Positions 13,328 through 25,989 of a stretch of DNA of 64,000 nucleotides are shown here, piece after piece. This stretch comes from Mobula hypostoma. Lineage: Eukaryota. The notes beneath the pieces were generated by a model, which searched no databases, was not told where the DNA came from, and saw only the letters and a list, made by a program, of their open reading frames with translations. How positions within the stretch are numbered: the stretch's first letter is position 1; every line of letters starts with the position of its first letter. The DNA is taken from assembly GCF_963921235.1 (NCBI RefSeq), contig NC_086108.1, forward strand, positions 62,064,001 through 62,128,000. The letters run 5' to 3'. The position numbers and the translations under genes were made by a program.

Positions 13328-14009
13328 CTAGAGTCGCAGTTGGTGGTTGCGCAATCGCTTTGAAGGTGTCCAAGGTCGTTGCTGGAGTCCGGGTTTTGAA
13401 TATGCCCTGAGGTGTTGCAGCCAGCGAGATCAATGGCAGAGGCTGCAATCTGAAGTTCATGCCTGCTAGCAACCGGGCCAGCAGGCTCTGGGGTCTGCAG
13501 ATGGAAGATCTTGCAATCCTTGCCTAACATGACAAAGTCAAAAAAATGGCGATCGCAGGCATGGATCCGACGGAAGATGAAATAACGGGTAGGACCATTA
13601 CAGACGGCGAAGAAAGTGTCCCGAAGGTGTGGGAGGGTCTGCGATAGGGACACCAAATACCTCCTCATGGCGGAGAGGGTCGTCTTCAGAGCTTGATGGG
13701 TCCGAAGGTGTGGAAGGGTCTGGGATAGGGACACCAACAACAGTCTATCTATGCAAATGAAGTTCTTCAACCATAAAATTAATCTAGCAAATTCTTCTAA
13801 AACCAACATACATCTTCTAATGTAAAGAGCTACCAATATGACACAACCTAATAAAATGCACAAGTAGATGTTGGCAGATCCAATGTTTTAACCTGATGTG
13901 GCCCAATAGAGCTTATTTCTTCCCATTTTGATCCATTTATCTCCCCATTCCAGTTCCTTAATCATTTACATCTGTGGCACCTCTGATGTTCTCTGCCTGT
14001 TGATGACTT

Positions 14010-15790
14010 ATAGTCCCAGACAGTTCATTTTCACAATGGGCAAACAATCCCTCAAAACCTCAATCCCAAACTAGGATGATCTGAGAACCTTTCATAATCT
14101 CCTTGAACAAAGACCCTACCAATCCTCTCCACCACCACCACCCTCCTCATTCACCTGAATACGCACCACCACCCTCCACCCTCACCTGAATCCCCTCCAC
14201 CCTCCTTCACCTGAATCCCCTCCACCACTACCCTCCTCCACCCAAATCCCCTCCACCCCTTCCTTCACCCGAATTCCCTCCACCCTCCTTCACCTGAATC
14301 CCCTCCACCCTCCTTCTTCACCTGAATCTCTTCCACTGCCTCCTCTCCACCACCCCCTCTTTTACCTTAATCCCCTCCACCACCCTCCTTCACCTGACTG
14401 AGCTCACTTTTGCATTAATATTTACTTCAACTCCACTCACTTCACCCAAATCAAAGTTGTTGCCATGGGAAACTATAATCATTCAAGACTTGAGCAGAGT
14501 TGTCTCTGCAGGATATCCATAACTTTTTTTTTAATTGATCCTATTCAGACCCCTTTCCTCAAATCTTCTTCCATTATATTGTGTATATTGTTGATGCTGT
14601 TTCTTAAACATGCACAGAACTGAAAACGTTCATTACTTCTGCTGCCAATTTTCATCCTGCTCTTACTTTGACATGGTCAGCATTTAACTCTTCCTTCCTC
14701 CTTGTCTTCTTCATCTCACAGGGTAGCCCAAAAATAATATCTATCAAAACCAACAAACTCCCACTGCTAAATTAACAATGATTCCTCTCAGTACTTTCTG
14801 TAAGAACCCCAGTCTCTCATCTCAGTTCAATCTACTCTGATGAGACTTTCCATACTACTGCTTTGATATGTCTTCTTTCCTGTCAGCTGTGACTTCCCTT
14901 TCACCATAGTTGTTAGTGCTCCTAACCATATCTATTTCCCACACTTCTGTTCTAATTTTCACCCACCCCAATAGGAACACAGATAGAGCTTCCTTAGTCC
15001 TCAATTTCCACCCACAATGAATCATTCTCTGTATTTTCCACCACTTTGAAGAATATTCCACCACTAAACATATTTTCCTCTCTTCTCGCCTTTCAGCATT
15101 TTGAAGTGGCTGTTCCTTCAATTCCCTGGCTCATTCTTACAATCCCACCTATGCTCCCCACTTTCCCATTCAACCACAGCAGACAACACCTGACTTCTGC
15201 CTCTTTCCTTCCACCCAGGGACCTGAAGAGTCCTTGTACGTGAAGTAGCAATTCACTTGGACTTCCAATTTTGTATATGGCAGTCAGTGCTCACAATGTG
15301 TATGTAGAAGGCAGACAGAAATTAGGTGACCACTAATCCAACCACCTCCATTCCATCCTCAGGGACAATTGTAAATTTCCAATCACTAACCACTTGAATT
15401 CTTCACCCCATCCCCACCTCCCTGTTTTTAGTTTCTTTGGAAAAGCACTTCGCTTTTGATCTGGGTATGTTTCATTCTTCATGGCTCAATGATGAATTTA
15501 ACAATTTTTGGTAAACAACCTGTTGTTCCTCTCTATGGATACAGTTGCACATTTTCATTTTAATTTGCTGCATTCTTCTTCCTCTTTGACTCGAATTGTC
15601 TATTTTTAAAACAATTACCTGGACAACTTGATCTTCACCTATCACAAGCATTCCCTTGGTTTACTTCACCCTTGTGACTTACTTTTTGAGTGCTGTCAAA
15701 TGGTCCTCAGCTTGAAAAATCAACTCCCTCTTCTTCCCCCTCGAATGCTGCCTGACCTGCTGAGCAATTCTAACATTTTCTGCTTTGGGT
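14010..15790 (+). mobile_element. Old, heavily decayed Penelope-like element
   Basis: Remnants of FTMD.QSL, Q.K.VAMG, ANFHPALT.TW, GIY-YIG region and pLTR tail in the expected order. Confidence 0.7.
14128..14397. repeat. C-rich minisatellite, ~25-bp unit CACCTGAATCCCCTCCACCCTCCTT, about 9-10 imperfect copies
   Basis: Direct reading of the tandem units. Confidence 0.85.
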
Positions 15791-16106
15791 GTAAAAACAT
15801 CACTCAATATTGATTTAAATCTAATTTTGAAGCCTCTAACGGCAATAATTGTTCATTGCTTTCCCAGATGGTAACAGGTTTGACCAATAAACAAAACCTA
15901 AATCCAGTCCTCTTGTACATCCTAGTGATGTGAAACCAGTTTTGATAATGAATTTACTTTGAACTTTGAACCAAGTTGTCCCATTCTAACACCAAAACAG
16001 TTACTGCATTGTCTCTAAAATGTGAATTACTTTGTAAATGGTTTATTACTTTAAATCCAAGGACTTTCTCTATCCAAGCCACCAAATATATAGAAGCTAC
16101 ACTCAC

Positions 16107-16214
16107 CCCATGTGCCAGAAGGCAATGAGCCATCTCATGACCAAGAATACATGCCAGTTGATCAGTGTCTGCCACAGCTTTCAGCAACCCAGTTAAAACA
16201 AACACCTGCCCATT
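16107..16214 (-). CDS. OMA1: OMA1 coding exon 4 with HExxH zinc-binding motif
   Basis: gcacag|AAT...GGG|gtgagt; 108 nt. NGQVFVLTGLLKAVADTDQLACILGHEMAHCLLAHG. Confidence 0.97.
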
Positions 16215-16666
16215 CTGTGCCAGGAGAAACAGACATTAGGATAGCCTATATCATCTGCTGAGATGCTAAATCAGAATAAGCAAGCACCAAATGCTCACGA
16301 ATCAACCTAATGTTGAACTAGTCTCTCAGCATTTTATTTGACAGCATAAAGTAAATGAATTACTCTGTCAGGACTCCAACAACACATTACATAGTGTTAC
16401 ATTACAAACTATAGACAGTTTGCTATTTTTGTACAGTTAGAAATAAAATTAACTGGTTATATTTAAATGTTGAAATTTATGCAATTGTTTCGAGGGAGCT
16501 TGCTGTTCATCAACAACTCCCACATGGGGGACAGGCAGTTTGTTTAAGATCTACTGTAGACAAGATTCTGGATCAATAACCAAGAGAAAATGGTTAATCA
16601 TTTAGGGAAGCTAAAAGCAATCAGTTGTAATACACAGGATTTTATGAAAGGCAAATTAGGTTTGAC

Positions 16667-16850
16667 AAACACAGAAAGAAACTGGAGGAATTCAGCAGGT
16701 CAAGCAGCATCTATGAAGGAAAATGGACAGTCGATGTTTCTGAAACCTCAGCTGTCTATTTCCCTCCATAGGTGCTGCCTAACCTGCTGAGGTCCTCCAG
16801 ATGCTTTGCGCGTTGCTCCAGATTTCTAGCATCTGCAGTTCCTTGTGTCT
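16667..16850. mobile_element. Fold-back Penelope pLTR mini-element inside a CR1 fragment
   Basis: CTGGAGGAATTCAGCAGGTCAAGCAGCATCTATG arm, followed by the inverted arm CATAGGTGCTGCCTAACCTGCTGAGGTCCTCCAG; ribozyme core deleted at the apex. Confidence 0.8.
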
Positions 16851-17036
16851 CCATTATATTTGAAAGATTTGCTCGAATTCTTGGTGAATAAGACATGGAG
16901 AGTTGGTGGAGAGGAGCCTGGAGATGTAATATACTTATGTTTCCAAAAGACATTTGACAAGGTGCCACACAAGAACTTGAAACAAAAATTAAAAGCCCAA
17001 GTTCTTGGAAGAGTGTATTAACATGGATTGAAAACT

Positions 17037-17599
17037 CAGACATTCCACCTCTCCTGGAAGTTCCGGGAGTCTCCCGCATATTAATAGTGGCTCCCCAATG
17101 GCCGCAAATTGTATACAATGTCCCAGAAGTCAATTTTTCTGAGAGCGAGCAAGCGTGAGAGAGACCACGAGAGCGAGAGAGACCATGAGAGTGAGAGAGA
17201 GCGAGCGCGAGAGACGAGAGTGAGAGAGAGCGAGACGAGAGTGAGAGAGAGAGCGCGCCATGGGAGAGTGTTCCAAAAAAAATATAAAATGTACGTCACC
17301 CCAGACTACACTAAAGTGTACCCCTGCCTAATAGGGGTCAAAAATAATGACAGTGTTGCTCGTTGCACTGTTTGCAACAGTGACTTTTCTATCGCCCATG
17401 GTGGGTTAGGACTGTAAAAGACATGTTGAGGTGAGTTTAACAGGTGTTATTCGTTCATTAGCAATAGCTAAGGTTATTTAAACCAGCTGGCTAGCTGCTA
17501 AGGAGCTACTCTATTGCAGACATCCCACCTCTCCCGGAGCCTCCCGCAAATTGATGGTGCTACCTCCCTGAAATGAGTTTTTGCAGGGTGGGATGTCTG
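17037..17599 (+). mobile_element. Non-autonomous hAT-like DNA transposon with N-terminal zinc-finger remnant
   Basis: TIRs CAGACAT(T/C)CCACC; 6-bp TSD AAAACT at 17031-17036 and 17600-17605; internal ARCTVCNSDFSIAHGG (BED-like finger); (GA)-rich tract 17140-17255. Confidence 0.85.
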
Positions 17600-18216
17600 A
17601 AAACTGGCTGTCACAAAGAAAAGAGAGAATTGTAACAAATGGATCATTTCAGGCTAGACAGATGCAATGTGAAGTAGCCCGGGAATCAAGTCTCAACCTC
17701 AATTATTTACATTACTGATGAGGAGGAGGGAACAAAAATGCACGCTTTCCAAGTTTATATAATATGAAAATAATTCTTGAATAACTTGTGCAAATCACTA
17801 TAAATAATAAAAATTAAATATTATTTATCCACTATTTTGTCCGCCTTATCCACAACTCAGCTGTAAATTTTTAAATTCATCCTGACATTTAGGTAAAGCT
17901 TTTATAAATGCTACATGGTATTTCATTGTTTGTGCAGAATACAGCATCAAATATAGAATTGTGGTGATTCTGAATCAAATTAAATGTGAAATGAAAACTT
18001 TTCACTATTAAATACAATTATATATTAACTGTAGGATAAAACTAACATGAAGGTTACAAAAGGGTATAGCGGAGAAATTATTTTACACCTGTAAAGCTGA
18101 ATTTATAAGAAAATTAGTTGCCATAATTTTGATTATATGGTCTTTAGAATAGATATATATACTACATTAACAATTCTATATATTAAGTTTGAAATTTATC
18201 AGGAATTGTTTCTTAC

Positions 18217-18390
18217 AGGCAAGACAAAGGCATTTATCTCTGGATCTTCCACAACGTTAATAATCCACTTGGTCTCAGAAACACCTGGTATATCTTTGTT
18301 TCTCTCAATTAACTGGTTGAAAACAAACTGAATGGCCTTATAGATTGGATCATCATTAGGCAAAAATTTATCCTTATACTTTTCCAGCAC
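18217..18390 (-). CDS. OMA1: OMA1 coding exon 3
   Basis: ccacag|GTG...CCT|gtaaga; 174 nt. VLEKYKDKFLP...WIINVVEDPEINAFVLP (M48 NAF motif). Confidence 0.96.
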
Positions 18391-19364
18391 CTGTGGAAAA
18401 AGAGGCACTAATCATAAATAGCATTCCAGTATCCTCATGCATGATAAAGTACATTTAACAATTCACTTCAAAGAAGATCAAGAGATAATCAAAAGGATTT
18501 GCTGAGTGTCTTGTTTTGCCATCCTCAAGCCTGTTTGATCACCCAGCCCTGAGCTGTAACGCTGCCACCATAAGCCGGATACCTGAAGATGTGAAACAGG
18601 CTTGAAGGGACTCTCCCTTTGACAGCTTTCACCAACAGCACAGTTATATTCAGAAATACAATCCCAGATCTCAGCTCTCTCACTCGCACCATTGGAACCC
18701 AATTTTGTGGATTTCCTTGTTGTCTAAACTTGACCATGTCATCCATGCAGTCAGTCCATACACTCTTTGGATCATTGAGCATTTGTCCACAGGCTCTCCA
18801 TCCTTCACTAAAACACCCTCTCTGCTTTCAAAACCTCATTATCTATCTGTACACTAAATGCTTATCTTCTCTTCTTCAATCTCCTAATTACAGAATTGCA
18901 AAGTAACACTTCTTATCGTATAAATAGCAGTCTGTGATAGCACGTCAGTGTGCAATACTAGACTTCCCTTACATCTGTTCAGTCTGTCTGGACTTAGCAG
19001 CATCACTAATCCATGTAACAAAAAGAGGTAATTGTAATAATGCCCACTGCATTATTTAATATTTTTGAATGAAATATTGAGTTAATACTGCAGATGACAC
19101 TGGGTTCAATTTATACACTTACGCAAATATGCAAAGCAAATGATTCAGGATCAATGCATATTTTCCTCAATGTATCAATTACAGAAGGCAAGTATAATTT
19201 GTGAAGATAATTTTCAAAAGAATCATCTGCAAAGAACACAGTCATCACTTACTTTGATTATTACTATTTAATTCCTCTCATTTTAAAAACAACCACTTAC
19301 TGTTTCATGCCTTTGCAATCTTTCCTACTTCAATTGCAACACAGCATTTTTTAAAATTCAAGAG

Positions 19365-20010
19365 TTTGAAAGGTGTTGGTGTGTAGAGGATCCTGAATGT
19401 CCTTGTAGACAAATCTTTGAAAGTTAGTGTGCAGAATCAGCAAGCAATTAGGAGGACAGTGGTATGCAGATATTTATTACAAGAGGACTTCAATACAAAA
19501 TACAGAAGTCTGACTGCAATTATATACAACCCAGGTGAGAGCACATCTGCAATACTGTGTACAATCCTAGTCTCTCTACCCAAAGAAGAATACACACGGG
19601 AGAAGTATTCCAATGTAAGTGATGGCAGATCTGTCATATGAAGAAACATTAAGCAGACATGGCCTTTGGTCTCTTGCGTTCAGAACAAGGGGAGGTGATC
19701 TCACAGAAACATACAAATTTCTCATAGGGTTTAACTGTTTAAATGCCAGGATGATGTTTCCCCAGGCTGGGAAATCTGAAACCATGGGTTACAGCCTGAA
19801 AATAAGGGTAAAGCCACTCGGCAGAGGCATGCATAAATTTCTTCACTGACAGTAAAATCAGGAATTCTTTATTCAAATGGACTACAGAGGCTCAGTCGCT
19901 AAGTATATTTTGAGACATCGATTGAAAGAGTTTTGAAATGAAGGAAAGCATATTACTGCAGGGAAATGTGGTCAGGATCAGCCATGCCCTTTCTGAATTG
20001 TAGACCAGGC
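19365..20010 (+). mobile_element. CR1 LINE 3' fragment
   Basis: R(P)HL.YCVQ.WS, GDLTETYK, RMMFP segments. Confidence 0.8.
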
Positions 20011-20676
20011 ACAAGGCGATCAGGCACAAATGTTGAAATATCCTGGGTACTTGTGCTTTTGGTTTAGTGAAGAAAACTTTCAAAACTTTGGATGGTTTAA
20101 AGAAATTCCACAGCTACTAAAGTTTTGTTGTTATCGCACCATTTTTTGGTAAATTTCCTTTCACTTTTTATATAATGTAACTTGAAAGAAAATTGTGTGA
20201 AACTTTACTGGTGCTTCGTACAAAGCTTAATGCATTCATATTGCACTCACAACTTGACAGACAAGCTGTTATTTTTGAGTTTGGGGTCATCACTCCATTA
20301 CGCAGCAAGTCATTTCTGGTAAATAATATATAATCGTAAGTGCTTTGTGGAGTGATTTCACCTTTAGAACATGGGAAAGACTTTTTCTTATTTAAACAAT
20401 AGCCTACAGCAAAAACAAAAGGGAAATTTATGGCTTCTCAGTCAGTGAATGGAAGATGCATTTAAAATGCACTTAAAATGTATACACATTTTTCCAATGC
20501 AAGGATTAATCATTGCCATTTTCAAATATTGCAGGTATTTTTTGTTGCCTTAAACTTTCAATTATGAAAATAGCTGCTGCACCCTGAATTGATACGGACT
20601 TTAAGTAATTCTCCAATTTAAGAACACCGATAAATCCTTTCTCAGAGGTTAAACCCTATTCTTGTTTCTTGTATTT

Positions 20677-21360
20677 CAAGTTCAAGTTCAGTGTATTGTC
20701 ATTCAACCATATACATTTGTACCTCCAAACGAAACAACATTCCCCGGAATCAAGGTGCACAACACAGTACATATAACTCACACGTGCAACTCATAAAGTA
20801 ATATTACCCCAAACAAATCAACAAATAATAATGTACATTTATGACACAAATTTAAAACTAAACAGTATAACAATACAGGCGCTTCATACGTGATGAGACC
20901 CAAGTGGTGGCAGTAAGTTCAGTAGCCTTACATCCCGGGGGAAGAAGCTGCTTCCCATCCTAACAGTTCTTGTCCTAACACTGTGGTACCTCCTGCCTGA
21001 TGGTAGGGAGTCAAAGAGATTGCTGGACAGATGGCAGGGATCATTGACAATGCTAAGGGCTATGCGCGCGCAGTGCTCCAAACAAGTATCTCTGATGGGT
21101 GCAAGAGAAACCCCAATAATCCTCTCAGCAGTTCTCGCAATCCTTTGCGGGGACTTGCAGTCCAATGCTTTGCAATTCCTATACCAGATGGTGATGCAGC
21201 TGGTCAGGACACTCTCAATGGTGCTCCTGTAAAAATTGGTTAGAACGAGGAAGGGAGAAGCCTCACTCTCCTCAAGAAGTAGAGCTGCAGCTGCACTGTC
21301 TTGACAAAAGAGGTGGGCTTTGAGGGACCAGGTGAGATCATTTGTTATGAGCACTCTCCC
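20677..21360 (-). mobile_element. Rex1/Babar-like LINE 3' fragment
   Basis: NFYRSTIESVLTSCITIWY, LPSGRRY, SFFP; (TTGAAC)n tail. Confidence 0.85.
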
Positions 21361-21364
21361 ATGA

Positions 21365-23450
21365 AGTCAAGGTCTAATCCAATTTACTACCCCATCCTGA
21401 GTGGCAAGTGGCTGAACCCTCTTGAATAACGCCCCATGCAAGACCTTGTCAAAGGCCTTGATGACATCCATATAGACATCATCTACCGCCTTGCCTTCAT
21501 AAATTTTCCTGTTAACTTCCTTGAAAAGATATACAAGTTTGGTTATATATGACCTACCATGTTGACTACCCTTAATCAGCCCCTGTCGATCCAAATATTT
21601 ATATATCTGGCCCCTTAGAACATTTTCCAATTACTTGCCCACAGCTGATGACAGGCTCACTATCGTTTAGAGCGTATTTTTAGAGACTTTCTTAAACAAT
21701 CGAACAAAATTAACGATCATCCAATCCTCTGGCACTTCACCTGTTGCTCAGGGTATTTTAAATATCTCTGCTAGGGTCCCTGAAATTTTTCCACTAGCCT
21801 CCCAAAAGGTCCAAGGGAACACAAGTCAGGCTCTAGGAATTTATCCCCCCTCATTTGCCTCAAGACAGCAAACACCACCTCCTCTGAAATCTGTATACAG
21901 TCCATGATCTCACTACTGCTTGGCCTCACATCTATAGACTGTGTCCATCTCTTGGGTAAATACAGATGCAAAAAATGCATCTCCCCATCTCTTTTTGCTC
22001 CATGTATAGATGGCCACTTTGATCTTCAAGAGGACCAATTTTGCCCTTTTGCTCTTAATATCTGTAGAAGCTCTTGGGATTCTCCTTCATCTTGTCTGCT
22101 AGAGCAACCTCACACCTTCTTTTAGCCCTCTTGATTTTCTTCCTAAGTGTTCTCTTTCATTTCTTATAATCTTACACCTGCTATGTGCCTTCTTCTTCTT
22201 AACCAAGCCTCAATATCCAACAAAAACCAGTTTCTTAAACCTGTTATCTTTACCTTCTACTCTGACAGGAACGTACAAACTCTGTACTCTCAAAATTTCA
22301 CTTATGAAGGACTCCCACTTACCAAGTACACCTTTGCCAGAAAAAAACCTGTTCCAATCCACATTCGACAGATCCCTTTGGATACCATCAAAACTGTCTT
22401 TTCTCTAATTTAGAATTTCAACGCAAGGACCAGACCTATCCTTCTCCATGATCACAATGGATTCTGGTTAATTGGGACACATCAGGACCAGCACATTTTG
22501 GCCCAATTAAGCAGCTGCCCTAATTAGCCAAAGTTTCATGGAGATGGTTAAAAAGGTGTGCATTAGTTCGTAAAACTGTGTATTAGTTCATAGCTATCGA
22601 CGGCAGAATTCTTCCAGTATACATTGTGCTGTTTTAGTCCATTGCCTGTAAATGAACAAAACCAGCACAAACGCCAGGTAATTTTTCGGGCTAGCGTCAA
22701 ATCTGCCCGTGGCATCTTGCCTAGATTAAAATTTTTTTAAGTCAAAAAGGCAAAATGATCAAATATCACTGCTTTTGAATCAGCATCCATCAGCCCAAAT
22801 GGATAATTAATCGAAGGCCAGTGAATCCATTACATACAGAAACTATGAACTCTAGATGCAAGTGTTCCTCTACACAATCTTCTGTCACTTACCCTGTCTC
22901 ATTCTGTCACAGCAGACCTGGTATTGCGCTCCCCCTGGCTGGGACCTCTATTAAAGATACTTTCCTCAGCACGTTTGACAATCCCTACCCCATCCAGCCC
23001 TTCTACAGTATGGGAATCCCAGTCAACATGAGGAAAGTTAAAATCACCAAATATGATAACATTATATTCATGCAATAGCCTGTGATCTCTCTACAAATTT
23101 GCTCCTCTAAATCCCAGACTTTTGGGTTGTCTATACTATAATCCAACTAAAGTGGCAATTCATTTCTTATTCCTCAAATCCACACATAAAGCCTCAAAAA
23201 ATGAGCTCTCTAATCTGTCCTGTCAGAGCACCTCTGTGACGTTTTCTCTAACTAGTATTGCCACCCCTACCCCTTTGATCCCTCCCTCTCTATCATGTCT
23301 AAAACAATGAAGCCCTGGAACACTGAGCTGCCAGTCCTACCCCTCCGGCAATCAAGTCACACTAACGACTACAATGTCATAATTCTACGTGCAGGTCCAT
23401 GCCATAAGCTCCTACAATCCCCCTTGCATTGAAATATACGCAACTCGAAA
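21365..23450 (-). mobile_element. Internally deleted CR1 LINE ORF2 remnant
   Basis: VDDVYMD..KAFDKV.H and upstream endonuclease-region remnants. Confidence 0.8.
22455..22835. mobile_element. Tigger/TcMar-like non-autonomous element fragment inside CR1
   Basis: Begins CAATGGATTCTGGTTAATTGGGAC; similar to the element at 57888-58564. Confidence 0.6.
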
Positions 23451-23559
23451 TGAATGACAGTCTTCACATAGGTCCAGCATAAAAAGAATGACAAAGTACT
23501 GAAATAGTTGATGGATCAATTATGTAAAGTGTAGACAGTATACTAAACATCTGGTGAAG

Positions 23560-24200
23560 TTCAAAGGGGGTGGATGAGGCAGGCATTTTGAACAGTGAGG
23601 GAAATCAGATTGAACATCGTCTGTTTCAGTGGATCCATTGCAAGCTCTTGCAGTCCTCGCATTTAGCCTCACATGTGCAATCTCTACGGCCAGTTTTCAA
23701 ATAGGCATAATATTCGACTGCAGTGGAATGCTGCTCTCTAACTATGGATTCTGCAAAGATGGGAGTGGGAAAGTGCTTCCAGGGATCAGAGGGACCTAGA
23801 GACAAACAAAAACATAAAAGGCAGATTCTTTGTGTTCAAGGGAGACGAGAATCCCTCCAGGACTATAGGCAGATTGTTTGCAGGAGTCTATCAGTTCCCA
23901 AGGATCAGTTCCATCTCCAAAGACTAAGCATCGGGGAAATCTGCCTATTTCTGTGACCTCGAGAAAAGTGGATGAAATCTCCGCTCCTCGAGTGTGAAGT
24001 TGGGGTAATCTCCCTAATGTGACAGTGAGCTCCTTCTGAGATGTGGAATAAATCAGCATCAGCTGCCAGGGAATTATCTTGAAGCAACAAAGCAGAAAAA
24101 TGCCTGTGACGTTCATCTCCATGGTCAGAGCAGTCAAGATACATGTATTAAGTTATATTTAATGCCAAAGGTTGGTTACAGGTCTCAGCAGGGACAAAGG
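23560..24200 (-). pseudogene. Strongly decayed PIF/Harbinger (HARBI1-like) transposase
   Basis: Across frames: TAL..EM.VT, ADLFHISEGAHCHIREIT...RSGDFIHF, FP...ID, PGST, in Harbinger order. Recognised from memory, not aligned. Confidence 0.5.
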
Positions 24201-25760
24201 ACGCAGATTTAGTGATAGCACTTTGAAAGCTCATATTCAAGTGAATGCTGGTTAGCTAAATGTAGTTGAAAATCACACAGGTCACCAATAATGCACATTA
24301 TTACACTGCTGAGAAAGGTACTTGGGATTTGTATGCAACAAAAAAATCCCACTGAGAAAAGAAACAAATTTCCTGACAGGCACAGAAATGAGCTCAATGC
24401 TGCTGTCCATGGTTAAGCCCTTTTCCAACAACAGTCTTATTTTTTGAAGCTGTGCAAAAGAGTTCCTACCTTGGATTATGCTTGTATTGCAGAAAGTAAT
24501 CTTCTCAAGACTATAAAACAGTATAAAATTAATGCTCACCATAAAAAATACAGGTTAATTAAAGAAATGCACTGTGGACTCTTAAAGCAAGTCATGTACT
24601 ACAAAGTTGTTTGAAGTTGGAATAGAATAAAAGTCATTTGATGATCTTGGAATCAGTATATAGGTTCTGGACTTGGCACAAGATCAGATTCTAGTTAGAT
24701 AGCAGTGCGTTCGATTTATGGGGTCAACCAAAGTTATTATTGTCATTTTCTAATGTATTTTTATGATCACAAGACCTTGCTGGACATTAAGAAGTTGAAG
24801 TACTGCAGGTTACCCCATCACAGAGTTGTTCATTGGCAGTGAAACTGAAGGAGCTGGATTCAGTGCGGATCGTACTGCCGCCTGCACCAGAGAGGAATCA
24901 GAGAAGTCGGTGCACGAAGGCGGTGTGCAGTCTAACAGCATCTAGTTTGTTTTTGTGTGATCGCAAAACCCTGCTGGACATTGTTAATGTGGAACACTGC
25001 AAGTCCAATTCACTGATTTACTGGTGGACAGTGGGGTTCAGTGTCTGAGCTGGTTCATTGTCCAGAGACAGAAACACTTACTGAGATGATCACAGGCATC
25101 AAAGATGTCAACTTTTAAAAGAGGCAAGAATTTTCTTTTGCTGTTATTACTAAAAATGCAAAAAGGAGATTGAACAGATGAGTTTGAAATTCAGGGGCAC
25201 TTACATAAATTGGCCCCAAGCAACCATGGGGGAATAACTATGTTGGAGCATAATATAAAAGGAGAAATTACAGTGGGAGCCACAAGAGTGGAGGTGGGGA
25301 CCTCCCGATTTCTGTCTCTGGATGCCAGGAGTATGAATGAAACAGAAACAATTAAAAGTGGGAGTCAGAAATTTGAAAACACTCTGTACACAAGATAAAA
25401 CTGACATCACAGTGGAGGAGAGGTCAGGTGGCATGGCATGCCATTAGTGGCAGGAAACTTGAATTTCCAGTCACAACCAGATGCATGACAGGAATTCAGA
25501 AAGAGCTCCGTCTACTGAAAGCACAAGGAAGTGATACAAATGTGAGTCACAGTCACCAGCAAACACACAGAACATTTCAATGGAATGCACAGCTCAGTAC
25601 CAATTTCAATATACTTTTTGAAAGCTATATTCTTGGATCATAAAAACTGACATTAAAAATTGAACAAAATGACAAAATACATTCTTTGATCTGACAATAT
25701 TCCCAAAATGGGTCAGCAAGAAGCCACAGGGCTTTGGTTAAACATAGGAGGCAAGCTTAC

Positions 25761-25989
25761 CGACTGATACTCAAATTCAGCCAGCTTCAGGTATTGTCGT
25801 TTGCTGAACACCAGTAGGCGACGGCGTCCTGTAATTGGACTCTTGTCCAGGTGGGTCAAGAAATACAATCCAATCACCCCTGACATGCCACACAGGCCAA
25901 ACAAAATTCTCCACTTATTCTTTTTCACCCTATCCTTGAGCAGCTCCTGTTGTTCACTTGGAAGTTCATTCCACCATTTCCGAATACTC
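25761..25989 (-). CDS. OMA1: OMA1 coding exon 2 (transmembrane region)
   Basis: ttctcag|G...TCG|gtaagc; 229 nt, completes the phase-2 Arg. SIRKWWNELP...YFLTHLDKSPITGRRRLLVFS...EFEYQS (TGR motif). Confidence 0.96.

Larger units (their letters stand above)
10361..13737 (-). mobile_element. Near-full-length Penelope-like retroelement (probably Neptune group), frameshifted
   Basis: RT FTMDVQSLYTSI, QTKGVAMGTRMGPSYA and decayed YIDD; Cys-rich linker CK.NKCYTC; GIY-YIG VIYCVRCSRCGLLYISKT..RLGDRFAEH...NIDFS*; 3' pLTR with hammerhead; TSD CAACAGTC at 10353-10360 and 13738-13745. Confidence 0.93.

Noticed and set aside
14128..14397. CRISPR-like array
   Set aside because: Units are adjacent with no unique spacers, no cas genes, eukaryotic context: a minisatellite.
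17109..17299. ER/SL-repeat proteins
   Set aside because: Translation of a (GA)-rich microsatellite inside the hAT element.
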